Assembly: GCA_964016885.1 (NCBI GenBank)
Contig: OZ024741.1
Coordinates: 26,226,001-26,290,000, forward strand
Direction of reading: 5' to 3'
Source of the DNA: Eledone cirrhosa
Lineage: Eukaryota
Length of the DNA: 64,000 nt
Positions within the stretch are counted from its first letter, which is position 1. Every line of letters starts with the position of its first letter. The translations under genes were made by a program, and so were the position numbers. Below, piece after piece: positions 1 through 12,032 of the stretch. Below the pieces are notes generated by a model, which did not search any database, was not told where the DNA came from, and was given only the letters and a program-made list of their open reading frames with translations.

Positions 1-894
1 GTCTTAGCCAGGTTAATTTTAAGGCCTTTTGATTCTAGGCTGTGCTTCCATGTTTGGAATTTCTTCTCTAGTTCGGTCATTGATTCAGCTATGAGCGTTA
101 GATCATCTGCGTATAGGAGTTCCCATGGGCAGCCGGTCTTGAACTCCTCTGTTATAGCCTGAAGGGCAATAATAAATAGTAGGGGGCTAAGAACAGAGCC
201 CTGATGGACACCAACTTTTACGCTAAACTCTTCACTATATTCGTTGTTAATTCTAACCCTGACTGTTTCTTTATACATGGCTTGTATAGCTCTCACAAGC
301 CATTCGTCAACACCTAGTTTTCTAAGAGCCCACCAGATAATGGAATGGGGGACTCTGTCGAAGGCTTTCTCCAAGTCAACAAAAGCTAAGTATAGGGGTT
401 TACTTTTAGCTAGGTACTTCTCCTGTAGTTGTCGTACAATGAAAAGAGCGTCTGTGGTACTTTTGCCTGACACAAACCCGAACTGCATTTCATCTAGATC
501 AATTCTCTCTCTGATTAGTTGCGCTATTACTTTTTCCGTGACCTTCATGACCTGGTCGATTAATTTAATGCCTCTATAGTTACACCTATCTAGGGCATCT
601 CCTTTACCCTTGTAACAGTTAATGATGATGCTGCTATGCCAGTCCTTCGGAACAACCCCATTCTGTATGACTTGGTTTACTATCCGGGTGACCATGGTGT
701 GTCCCACCGTTCCAGAGGCTTTCAGCATTTCAGCAACTATTTCTGAAGGCCCAGCCGCCTTACCGGTCTTCATATCTTTGATTGCCTTACTTATTATACT
801 ACCTTCGACTAACACTGCTGGTCCCTCTATTGGGTCGATGTGGGGGAGACTGTCTTTCTCCCATTTGTTCTCCTCATTTAGAAGCCTTTCGTAG
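1..894 (-). mobile_element. RTE-clade LINE (PHD-in-RT family), 5'-truncated RT fragment running off the window start
   Basis: Reverse complement is near-identical to about 38886-39782 (YKGKGDALDR, QFGF, KAFDRVP, GVHQGSVLSPLLF, LLYADDL, LKINLAKT). Confidence 0.95.
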
Positions 895-1102
895 CTGAAT
901 TGCAGTAATGCAGTTGCAATCAGCCATTCAGGGTGCACACATTTAGTTAATAACAGATGCGGTGGCGGTGTTGAGATAGAGAGAAAGGTATATTTATAAT
1001 CTCCAAAATGGCAGACTGAATACACGTTTTTCCTCCTTTTTTCTCATTCATTCCTCTTCTCACTCTTTATCTTTCTATTTTATCCTCTATTTCTAACTCT
1101 AA

Positions 1103-1217
1103 CTTATGATAAAGGACTAGTGTCCAAAACGTTAAGACTTTTTTTTTCCTACTATTTCAAGTGTTGAACTAATATATTTCTTCAATGTACAGTGTCATTT
1201 GTTTTGTTATTTTTTAC

Positions 1218-1222
<5 letters not shown>
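1103..1222 (+). mobile_element. Decayed hammerhead-containing short repeat (Penelope-type terminal fragment)
   Basis: cttatgataaaggactagtgtccaaaacgttaagac is a mutated copy of the intact hammerhead at 56640-56675. The downstream tail matches 56690-56757 and 33551-33628. Confidence 0.7.
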
Positions 1223-1253
<31 letters not shown>

Positions 1254-1333
1254 TATATATATATGAACACTGACCACTCCCCGAAAAAACCCAGAAACTT
1301 TCTTAAAGACTTATTTATTTATATATATATATA

Positions 1334-1648
1334 TCATCATCATCATCATCATTATCATTTTACGTCCGCTTTTTCCCTGCTTGCAAGGGTGGGACGGGAA
1401 CTGATTCTGGCTTGATTTCTACAGCTGGATGCCCTTCCTAACACCAACCTCATTTACAGTGAGTGCTGAGTGCTTCTTTGCCGTGGCACCTCCATGTCCA
1501 CTTTGCAGTGGAATCTCATTTCTACAGCTGAGTAAACTGGAGCAATGTGAAATAAAGTGTCTTGCTCAAGAAAACAACACATCACCCAGTCTGAGAATTG
1601 AACTCGTAATCTTTCGATTGCAAGGCCAATGCTCTAACCACTAAGCCA
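1334..1648 (-). mobile_element. tRNA-derived SINE with CORE-like middle and RTE-derived 3' tail
   Basis: Minus strand: A-box TGGCTTAGTGG, B-box GAGTTCAATTC, CORE-like TCTTGAGCAAGACACTT, then GTTGGTGTTAGGAAGGGCATCCAGCTGTAGAAA as in the local RTE 3'UTR, and a (GAT)n tail. Confidence 0.8.
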
Positions 1649-1942
1649 TATATATATATAAAGAGAGAGAGGGGGGGGGGGTCTATGGATAGAGTAGTGT
1701 AAGAGAGTATGTACAAATGAAGTGGTGTAAATCAAAATAGAGCACTTGTTATTTTTTGATAATGGGAAAGTGAAAACAGTGGAGTGAGAATGATATTGGA
1801 GATTTTGTTGTGATGGTCAGATAGGGTTGACCTAGATGTCATAGGGGAAGAAACAAAATATGATTAAAGTGATAAAGTTGGAAAAGCAATAAAATGTTGG
1901 TGTATTTTACAAATGAGTGTTTTATGAGACGAGAGGGTCATT

Positions 1943-2756
1943 AAGTGATGGTACCATATTGTGGTGGATACAAGTGATGGTACCTTATTGTGGTGGATAC
2001 AAGTGATGGTACCTTATTGTGGTGGATAAAAGTGATGGTACCTTATTGTGGTGGATACAAGTGATGGTACCATATTGTGGTGGATACAAGTGATGGTACC
2101 ATATTGTGGTGGATACAAGTGATGGTACCTTATTGTGGTGGATAAAAGTGATGGTACCATATTGTGGTGGATAAAAGTGATGGTACCTTATTGTGGTGGA
2201 TACAAGTGATGGTACCATATTATGGTGGATAAAAGTGATGGTACCTTATTGTGCTGGATACAAGTGATGGTACCATATTGTGGTGGATAAAAGTGATGGT
2301 ACCTTATTGTGGTGGATACAAGTGATGGTACCTTATTGTGGTGGATACAAGTGATGGTACCATATTGTGGTGGATACAAGTGATGGTACCTTATTGTGGT
2401 GGATACAAGTGATGGTACCTTATTGTGGTGGATAGAAGTGATGGTACCTTATTGTGGTGTATAAAAGTGATGGTACCATATTGTGGTGGATAAAAGTGAT
2501 GGTACCTTATTGTGGTGTATAAAAGTGATGGTACCATATTGTGCTGGATAAAAGTGATGGTACCTTATTGTGGTGGATAAAAGTGATGGTACCTTATTGT
2601 GGTGGATACAAGTGATGGTACCTTATTGTGGTGGATACAAGTGATGGTACCTTATTGTGGTGGATACAAGTGATGGTACCTTATTGTGGTGGATACAAGT
2701 GATGGTACCTTATTGTGGTGGATACAAGTCATGGTACCTTATTGTGGTGGATAAAA
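1943..2756. repeat. 29-bp minisatellite, about 28 copies
   Basis: Unit AAGTGATGGTACC(T/A)TATTGTGGTGGATA(C/A), period 29, no spacers. Confidence 0.97.
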
Positions 2757-2929
2757 GACCAAAGTAAAGTTAATGATTATAGTTAACAGTCATCATATGA
2801 TTGTGATTGCTAGTAATTTGCCCTACATGAAAATGTCTGTACACTAGTATATATATACTGCAGCACTAAATGTTATCTTTATTTAATATACGCCGTCTAT
2901 AAACCATTCCAGCCCCTCGACCACATTGT

Positions 2930-3175
2930 TCAAGGGTCGCCTGGTTCTTTAATATGCTGCCAAAAAACTCATGGGGTCTATATGGATTGGATTTAGATAT
3001 TTTCAAGAAGCATCTTTACATTCTGCTATCTAAGACACCAGATGAACCCACAGCACCAGGCAAAATACAGATAAAGACAGCAGCAACAAACACCCTCTTA
3101 CATCAATGGCCAACCAAGGAATGCTGGCTATAGAAAGTGTAGCAACAATGGCACTGCCCCAACAGGTGAAGGAGT
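2930..3175 (+). mobile_element. Degenerate CR1-like LINE 3' end
   Basis: Frameshifted translation reads QG..L.FNMLPK...DLDIFKKHL..LLSKTPDEPTAPG, resembling the ORF2 C-terminus of invertebrate CR1 elements. Confidence 0.6.
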
Positions 3176-3483
3176 ATTTACTATCTCTTATATCCTTCCA
3201 TACTTATGATTATTCCTGAACAGCAATTGTCAGTGTTTATTAGTTGTACCTTATGTTTGGTCAGTTTATTAAACAGAACAGCCAGCTGAGAGCAGCTAAG
3301 CTAAGAAAGCAGAGATAATTTTAGAATCACTATTTTTGTAACACAGATTCTCTTCTCTGCATCACTCCTACACTGTAGTACATTATGATAGATAGTGATA
3401 GTAGATGTGGTGGGGTTGATGATAAAGTATGGTATGATAGATGTGGTAGGGTTAATAGTAGTGGAGTGGTATGTGACAGTGAT

Positions 3484-4255
3484 AGTAGGTGTGGAAGGAT
3501 TAATGGTATAGTATGGTAGACAGTAGTGGTGGGTGTGGGAGGGTTAATGGTATAGTATGGTAGAGAGTGATAGTAGGTGTGGCAGGGTTAATGGTATAGT
3601 ATGGTAGAGAGTGATAGTAGGTGTGGCAGGGTTAATGGTATAGTATGGTAGAGAGTGATAGTAGGTGTGGCAGGGTTAATGGTATAGTATGGTAGAGAGT
3701 GATAGTAGGTGTGGCAGGGTTAATGGTATAGTATGGTAGAGAGTGATAGTAGGTGTGGCAGGGTTAATGGTATAGTATGGTAGAGAGTGATAGTAGGTGT
3801 GGCAGGGTTAATGGTATAGTATGGTAGAGAGTGATAGTAGGTGTGGCAGGGTTAATGGTATAGTATGGTAGAGAGTGATAGTAGGTGTGGCAGGGTTAAT
3901 GGTAGTGGGCATGGAATGGTTGATGTTATAGAATGCTATGATAGTGATGATGGGTGCAGAATGGTTGATGGTAGAGGAATGGTATGGCAGAGTGGTAGTG
4001 GGCGCAGATGAGTTAATGGTAGTGGGGTGTGGAAGGGTTAATGGTAGTGGGTGTGGAAGGGTTAATGGTAGTGGGGTGGTGTGGTAGTGGGTGTGGAAGG
4101 GTTAATGGTAGTGGGGTGGTATGGTAGTAGGTGTGGAAGGGTTAATAGTAGTGGGGTGGTATGGTAGTAGGTGTGGAAGGGTTAATAGTAGTGGGGTGGT
4201 ATGGTAGTGGGTGTGGAAGGGTTAATGGTAGTGGGTGTGGAATGTTTAATAGTAG
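3484..4255. repeat. 44-bp minisatellite (about 9 copies) grading into a related ~39-bp GT-rich repeat
   Basis: Unit GTAGGTGTGGCAGGGTTAATGGTATAGTATGGTAGAGAGTGATA to about 3905. GTGTGGAAGGGTTAATGGTAGTGGGG variants at 4020-4250. Confidence 0.92.
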
Positions 4256-4328
4256 TGATATGATATAAGAGATTGTACATATGGAAGGGCTAGTGGATGC
4301 TATTTTCACAACAGCAAACTACTATTTT

Positions 4329-4535
4329 TTAAAGCCTTTACCATTTACATTACTCTATATATACTATTGTATTTTCATGGTAAACATTTTACCTCACATA
4401 ATATCGAATCTATGAGATTTTGATATTATTTATTTTGAGAACAATACCTTAATGTTGGTATGAGTGGCCGGCTACAGCTGGTTTGAATAGAAAGAGGTGA
4501 GGGAATTATGGCCAGTTTAAATGCTAAAGGGTTAA
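4329..4535. mobile_element. piggyBac-like MITE (TTAA-bounded)
   Basis: Ends ttaaagcctttaccattta and taaatgctaaagggttaa are imperfect TIRs. An inverted homolog lies at about 57158-57310. Confidence 0.55.
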
Positions 4536-4555
4536 ATTTGGGCTTCTTGATACCT

Positions 4556-4963
4556 TAACCCTTTCAGTACCAATCTGCCTAAAAATATCTCTGGTTCTAT
4601 GATACAAACCTGTTTATTTTAAAGCACCTATATTTAACTTAAAACCTTCCATCATACTTTTATATGGGAACCTTTAAGTCATAATTTAAACAGCAACTTA
4701 ATAATTGTTTCTACTTTTGGCACAAGGCCAGCAATTACCCAGTGCATTACTGGTGCTTTATTTTATTGACCCCGTCAGGATGAAAGGCAACGTTAACCTC
4801 GACAGCATTTGAACTCAGACCGTAAAGGGCCGTACCTCTATACTGCAAAGCAATGGGAAGTTAATTATATTACTAAATTTTGCCAAATTCTTCAATTTTC
4901 AAAATTATTTGAAAAAATTATAGGCAGTGTCTTTTATGAGAAATATGGTAATGAAACAGTTAA
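4556..4963. mobile_element. piggyBac-like MITE with nested SINE
   Basis: TIRs ttaaccctttcagtacc and ggtaatgaaacagttaa with TTAA ends. A SINE occupies about 4705-4850. Confidence 0.6.
4705..4850 (-). mobile_element. tRNA-derived SINE (GCCTTTCATCC family)
   Basis: Reverse complement matches 57614-57797: GAGTTCAAAT B-box, GCCTTTCATCC, TGGCCTTGTGCC..AAGTAGAAAC tail. A further partial copy lies at about 5770-5905. Confidence 0.8.
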
Positions 4964-5042
4964 AATTTGAATTTTTCAGACAAGATTACCAACCAAGTAA
5001 ATCAGAACTACTCTACAGGCAACATATATAGAGATATGTGTA

Positions 5043-5109
<67 letters not shown>

Positions 5110-5112
<3 letters not shown>

Positions 5113-5660
5113 GACATGTAGAGGGGTTTACTTTTTGCTAGGTACTTCTCCTGCAATTGCCTCACAAGTGAGAGAGCATCTGTGATACTTTTACCTGAGA
5201 CAAATCTGAACTGCATCTAATTTAAGTTAATTTTATTCCTATGTACAATCACTCTTTCTGTAAATTTCATGACCTGATCCATCAATTTGATGCCTTGGTA
5301 GTTTTCTCTGTCTAGGGCATCACCTTTGTTCTTGTAGCAGTTGACAATGCTGCTGCTATGCCAGTCATTGGGCATTACTTGGTTAACAATATAGGGGTTT
5401 ATGGTGTGGCCTACCATCCCAGCTGCTTTCAGTATCTCAGCAGCTATTCCCAATGGCCCAGCTGCTTTACCTGCTGTCATATCCTTAATTATCTTACTAC
5501 ACAGCTGCTTACTGTACAGCTGGTCCCTTTATTGGGTCTACTTAAGGCAGGCTATCTTCCTCCCAAACATTCTCCTCATTCATCAGTCTCTCTCAATGAC
5601 ACTTCCATGCTGTGGGCAAGTGCATCATTGTCATCTCAGACACACTGCCTCGCGATCCTG
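5110..5660 (-). mobile_element. Older degenerate RTE fragment
   Basis: ORFs 5217-5480 and 5013-5216 give GKAAGPLGI, IVNCYKNKGDALDR, VRQLQEKYLAKSKPLY. Confidence 0.9.
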
Positions 5661-6006
5661 AACAATATATATATGCGTGTGTGTGTTTGTGTGTATATAT
5701 ATTTATATATACATATGTTTGTGTATATATGTATTTTATATATATATATGTGTATAATTTTTGTGCTTTTGGCACGGATCCAGCGACTGGTCCAGCGCAT
5801 TACTGGTACTCTCTTTTGTTGACTCCGTGGGGATGAAGGACAAGGTTGACCTCGGCAGGATTTAAGCTCAGAGCGTGGAGAGCCATAACTCTATGCTGTA
5901 AAGCAATTATAATAATACTGGACTGTAATATGAACGGCTTCAACTATACAAACTCTTGAAAGTCAACTGTTGACATAATCTTGTAATCTTGTATCAGTAA
6001 TGACGG

Positions 6007-6060
<54 letters not shown>

Positions 6061-6660
6061 AAGTGAGTAGCGTGTGTGTGTTTTTTTGTATGTATGTGTG
6101 TGCGCGTATGTATGCGTGTGTGCGCGCGCGTATGTATGCGTGTGTGTGCGCGCATATGTATGTGCATGTGTGTATGTCGTACGTATAAGTGTCAATAAGT
6201 GAGGTTTTTTTTGGGTTTTTTTTTGCGCGGGGACATAGAAATAATCGGGCTGGATGCCCGATCACGCAGTTAAACCACTGGGAGTGAAGAACCCCTAGCC
6301 CTTGTCAGGGCATTCTTCTAGGAGAAGGCATCTCAGGAAAGTGGGTTAACTCCGACATAAAACCTGCGGCTCAGTAGTTACCGATGATGTTGATCTTTTC
6401 TTCTTTTCGGGTTAGAGCTACTGTCGCTCAGAGAGTGGGATTGGCTCAGTGTACAGTCTTTCCTCACTTTAAAAATATTCGTCACACACAGGCATTGCAC
6501 GAGTGCATTAATAATTATTAATAGTGTATTATTATTATTAAACGACAATAACACCGACAGCTTCAATGTAAACACGGATGGCGGTGGCAACAGCATCAAC
6601 AAACAAAACAACAACAACAACACCAAGAATGACAACACCAACAATAAAAGCATCAGAAGC

Positions 6661-8252
6661 ACCACATTTGCTGCAGCAACAGCAAAAACAAAGCACTTAT
6701 TGAATATTGATATTAGCGATAAAGAAGAACAGTTGGCACAAGCGTGGAGGCTAATTAAACGGGAGAAGTCCTGGGCAAACCTGACCATCCCGGACGAGGC
6801 AATAGCGGCCATGCAAAGGAGGACGGTGTTTTTTTGATGCATTTCAGTGCAGACACGAAAAGTGGAACTTGCCAGCCAAGCAGAGGTCGAGGCTGCTTTG
6901 GAGTACATCGGAAGTAACATAGAGTACAAAGCAAGAGGCAAACAGTTCGGTACCATCTCGGTACTGTTCAAAACCGAGGCCCTCACTATTAAGCACTCCG
7001 TGACCTCCTGCAGAACGGAATGCATTATCATGCATCCGTCCTACATAGGTAAAAGGACAGTAAAGGTACGCATTCCCAGCATCCCACCAGCAATGAACAT
7101 ATGGTGGCTGCTGGGATGCGTAATTGAGGAGGGGACAGACACCACCCTCCTGGACATCAAAAGGACAGAGAGAGAGGACTGGTCCGGAATGGATTTGGAG
7201 ATTCTTCTCCAAATGAAACCAGAGGACATGAATAACATCCCGGATTTTGCCCGCCTGCAGAACGGGACAACAATCCAACTAATCATTGACGGAAGAAGGC
7301 CACGCCCCTTCGTCTGCGTGGAAGCAACGCATCTGCAAGCCTTCTGCCCTCAGCGCAAAAATGCAGGGGGTCGCAAACCTTTGTTGCCAACGCCAGTGTC
7401 AGCACGGAAAGCTGCACCACCACCACCAACAAAAACACGGACACCAACATCAAAATCAGCCGGATCACCACCAACACCAAAACCAATCCAAGGGGAAAAC
7501 GAGGAAAGCTCTCCCACTCCCCCTACCCCCCAATTATACACATAGACAAAACAATAAACACACACACAGACACAGAGACACTCACAGCCACAGACCCTTT
7601 GTCTTCCAGCAGCGAAGATGAAGGAAAACCCCAAAGTGCAAAAAAACAGAGAAAACTCACAAAAAAAAAGCCCCAACAAAACACAAAAACATACACAACA
7701 AAAAATACAGACACCACTAACACAAACACTTCCCCAATAACATCATCACCAACAGCAACACCGACACCACCTCCATAATCCCCGAAACGCAAACAACCTA
7801 AACAAACACAAGTACAAATCAACACACAAATACCTGAAATTGCAGACACCACACCTACAACAAACACAGACATACCCGAAACAACACCACCAAAACCATC
7901 ACCACCACAGTCACCAAAACGAAAACAAATAAAACGACACCAACAAAATGTTAAAAACTTCGTGCTTGTCAGAAGAGCCAACGATAAACTGATGGCCCTC
8001 TTAGCACGAAGCGAGGACATTCAAACAGAGGGGGAGATTTTTGAAATGAGCACATTTTGCATGCCAGAAGATTTGCTTCTGGTCCGAATGTCACTCAATT
8101 CCTTCAAAGAAATTCGAGAGAGCTTTCCTCAAGACGTGGGAACCCTGAATGTGAAACCCACATCAAGACTTTTAAAGGGGTTCCCAAAAGAAACCCCACC
8201 AACCATGGAGGTTGAACAACCCGACCTTCACAAGACCCCGGAAGGTAAGTAA
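6661..8252 (+). pseudogene. Tx1 ORF1 (gag-like RNA-binding protein), disrupted
   Basis: Frame 1 reads TTFAAATA...RTVFF*CISVQ (probable CGA>TGA at 6835) into ORF 6847-7545. It has a degenerate knuckle (RPRPFVCVEATHLQAFCP) and a Pro/Thr-rich tail ending at 8252, just before the ORF2 ATG. Confidence 0.7.
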
Positions 8253-8281
8253 ACCTTCCTTCTCCCTCTTAGCTTACCAAT

Positions 8282-11200
8282 ATGGCCATATTAAGAGTAG
8301 GAAGTTTAAATGTTCGCGGCCTGGGGTCACCCTGGAAGCAGGGTCACCTGCTCAACGATCTCAGGTCGCTGGAAATGGATGTGATTGCCGTCAGCGAGAC
8401 CAGAATTTCCGACACGTGCGCACTAGCCCCCATTTTCGACGACTATCAAATCTTCGCATCTGTTAGCAGACCGGGAATGGGGGATGGGATGGCAGTGCTG
8501 TTTAGGAAAGGACTGGATTTCGAGGTAAGGTCGATCTTCCGGGACCCGGACGGTAAGTTGGTGGTCTTGGATGTGAGCAGTAGCGAAGGTGGTGCCTTTA
8601 GACTGCTGGCCGTCTACGCCTCTACAGGGGCCGGACGACCAGACTTTTTTAGGCGCCTGGAGACCTTTCTGGGTACGTCTCGCCCTTTACTGTTAGCGGG
8701 GGACTGGAATGGCATCTTAGACGCACACTGGGATTGTGTGGGAGTAGCCGATAAGGGGGGGGGGTGCAAAAGCCTCAAGCACCTACTCAGCCAGTTCCAA
8801 CTGTCTGACAGGTATCGACTAGATTTCCCAAATGTGCCAATGTGGACATGGACCAACCGAATGGGGTCATCTAGATCGTATATAGACAGGATCTTCATTA
8901 AGAAAATAGAAATAGTGTGGACTGCCCACTTTTTAAAATGGTCGCCTATTCAGATCACAAATTTGTGATCTGTACGGTCGACCTAGATAAAACGCGTAGG
9001 TTAGGACCGGGTTACTGGAAGCTGAACATGTCATTTCCGGCACGTAAAGCTTACAGGGACCGAGTCAACAATTTAGTTAAGCAAAAGTTGACAGGGGGGA
9101 TCATCAACAACAGATGGTGGGAGGCTCTCAAAAGAGAGATTAGAGTAACTTTGATAGAGTTCAGCAAAGAACTAGCGTTAGAGAAAAATAGAAAGGAGGG
9201 TGAGCTGGTAGATAAGTTAGACGAGGCTATTTGTAGTGGCATTGCAACTGATGTGCTAGCAGCGAGAATGGCATTAGACCATTTCTTCAATGCCAAACAC
9301 GAAGGTTGCATTGTCAGAGCTAAGGCGCGTCCGCTGAGAAACAAGGGAACCAAAGCTGTTCGATGGGCCAGCGTGGCGGAGGCGCAGCATGGTAATAAAA
9401 CCACAATTCGGTCTTTGGCGGACCGAGACGGACACAAGATAAGCGATTCCAAGCTGATGTGTGAGGCCTTTCGCCAGCACCTTGCTCGGTTGTTCGGGGA
9501 GAGTGGCGAGTCAGAGAGAATAGCGGATTTCAGTCCCTACCTTGACGGCTTGCCTTGCATCTCGACGGTCAATGCTGAGCACTGCGAAAGGCCGATTACT
9601 TCAGCCGAAATTCAGGACGCCCTTGTCAGCTGCATGAGGCGCAAGTCACCCGGTTTGGATGGCCTGCCCTACGAGCTTTACGTAAATATGCCAGACTTGT
9701 TCTCCGAACTCCTCGAAGCACTCTACTGCAACTGGCAGCAGAATGGGAGTATTCCCAGTTCTGTGAGCAGGGGAGTGGTGACGCTGATAAGGAAAGACGA
9801 GAACAAGAGGGATACATTAGACAACTTCAGGCCCATAACTCTGCTCAACACAGAGTTTAAGATTTTGGCCAAGGTGTTAGCAAAGAGATTGGCGCTTGTC
9901 GTCGAGGATTTGGTTGGGGAGGCGCAAACTTGCGCAATCCCAGCCAGGTCCATACACGACAATCTCCACCTCATGCGATACATCATAGAGAGGGTAGTGT
10001 ATAAACCTGGCGTCGTTGGGGCACTGATCAATTTAGATCAATTGAAAGCATTCGATAGGGTCGACCATCGGTATCTGGAGTTTGTCCTCAAAGCAGCTGG
10101 CTTCGGCCCTGTCTTTAGAAGCTGGATCGCTGCAATGCACAGTGGCACACGCTCGGTGGTCAAGGTTAATGGCCACCTCTCGGAACCAATTCAGCTCTCC
10201 CGATCGGTTCGTCAAGGGTGCCATCTCTCTTCCCTTCTGTACGTATTGACTCTCGAGCCTTTACTGCGGAAGCTGGAGCTGTTGCAGGGCATCCCGCTCG
10301 AACCGGGACGTGGAAAGGCGGTGTCGGCTTATGCGGACGACATCACCGTGATGGTGTCGAACACCTCAGAAATCGAGGTGGTCGGCACCTTATTGAAGGA
10401 ATATGAAAGGTTGACAGGAGCCAAACTTAACCCGGAAAAGTCGGTGGGCTTGCAGCTCGGAACCTGGAGAGGCAAGCCCATGCCGTCCAACAGCGTCGTG
10501 GGGCGCTGGACGGACGGACCGGTAAAGTTGCTCGGGGTTTGGTTCGGACCAGACCTCCAGGTGGAAAAGAATTGGGACGAGGTAACGAACAGAGTAGCCA
10601 GTCTCACCCAAAAATGTGCTGGGAGGAAGCTATCACTGAAAGGTCGCGCGGAGGTGGCGAATGCGTACATCGCGTCCGTCATCTACTACCGCCTGACCGT
10701 CGTGCCTTGCCTCCGTCTGCGCCTCGTCAAGTTGGAACGGCTCCTCTTCAAATTCTTGTGGAGGGGACAAGTTCCATTGGTGAGGCGGTCCATCTGCTGC
10801 CAGCACCCTCTATGCGGAGGGCTGGGCATGCCGTGGCTAATGATGCGCAGACATGCGTTGAGGCTGCAACAGATATTCTGCCTCAACGGTGAACAGGTGT
10901 GGTCGCCGTTTATCAGACAAGCCTTTCCGCAGCTCATTTCTTTGACTGAGCTGCAGTCCTGGGTCAAGAAGAGACCGAGACTGGGTGACTGGGACCTGGA
11001 ATGTTGCCAGGCACTCACTGCCCTCTACCAAGCGGGCAATGCGATCAGTGGAACTTCCACTCTCGAGTTCTATAGAGGATTAGTGGTGGGCAAGTGCGAT
11101 GACGCACTCGGAGAAGCTTTGGGCCTCGACGAAGTCGAACTGACCAGTCTGTACCGGAGGACTTTTGAGCCGGGGACGATGGACAATTTCCAGAAATCCC

Positions 11201-11694
11201 TCGCTTGGCAGTGCTACCGGGGGGCACTGCCGGTTCGGGATAAACTCTACAGGCATGGAAGTGCTGTCAGACGGACCTGCCCAAGATGCGCACAGCACGA
11301 CGAAACCGTTCTGCACGCACTTGTCCAATGTCCGTGCATTACTGACTTGTGGAGTTATGTCGAACAGCTACTCTCGCGTGTGGAATGAATCCGGCTATCG
11401 GCCGAGTCCATAGTGAAGATCGATCCATCGCCTTCCTTAGGTCAGGAAGAGCAGGAAATTTTCCTCTGTCTGGTGGCAGTTGCAAAAGAGGTTGTATGGT
11501 GGACCAGGTTAAAAGGACTGAAGACAGACACTTTTCTCTTCGGCCAATCCCTCATCAACTTCTTCAAGTTTCACCTGGAAAGGAAGGTGAGGGTGGAGAG
11601 AGAAGTGCTGCCCCCCAGTACATTTGCTAAAAGGTGGGTGAATGTGGCGAGAATGGCTCGTGTGAATGGGCCTACTCTGACCATGCGCCTATAG
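8282..11694 (+). pseudogene. Tx1 ORF2: AP endonuclease, reverse transcriptase and C-terminal CCHC; one frameshift and one stop
   Basis: SLNVRGL, IAVSET, GDWNG, SYIDRIF, SDHK, GPGYWKLN, KSPGLDGLPYE, NFRPITLLN, KAFDRVDH, VRQGC, AYADD, GGLG, CPRC..ETVLHALVQC. Frameshift at about 8910-8920, TGA at 11386-11388. Confidence 0.93.
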
Positions 11695-12032
11695 GCTAGC
11701 TAACTTGAGGAGAGGGGTGCTCTCCCTGGGTGCCCTAGAAGCGCAGGGTGGTTCAGGATTGGTGGGGTACCCGAGTCACCCCAGGGTCGTCCACCCCCTA
11801 TCGGGGAATTTATTTTGTTATATTTATGCATAGTTTATTTTATATTTTTATATTTTCATTGTTAAATTAGTCTTGCCATTGTGCACTTTTACTCGACCTT
11901 ATTGTAAACCCCCACTGTCCCTGTCTTTGTATTGTCCCCTACATGTCGGCCCCTGTGGCTAATAAATGAAATCATTATTATTATTATTATTGTTACTATT
12001 ATTATTACTTTTTTTTTTTTTTTTTTTTTTTT

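Larger units (their letters stand above)
6224..12008 (+). mobile_element. L1 superfamily, Tx1-type non-LTR retrotransposon, near full length; 5' boundary uncertain (6224-6540)
   Basis: ORF1 plus ORF2 (APE, RT, CCHC), AATAAA at about 11961, then an (ATT)n tail. Confidence 0.9.

Noticed and set aside
1943-2756. CRISPR-like array (also the 28-bp and 52-bp arrays)
   Set aside because: Head-to-tail units with no unique spacers, no cas genes, and a eukaryotic context.
3484-4255. Telomere-like GGGTTA
   Set aside because: A single hexamer inside a longer unit, never tandem.
6378-11328. Antisense and alternate-frame ORFs over the Tx1 element (also over RTE and Gypsy)
   Set aside because: Shadow ORFs of TE coding sequence with no independent motifs.
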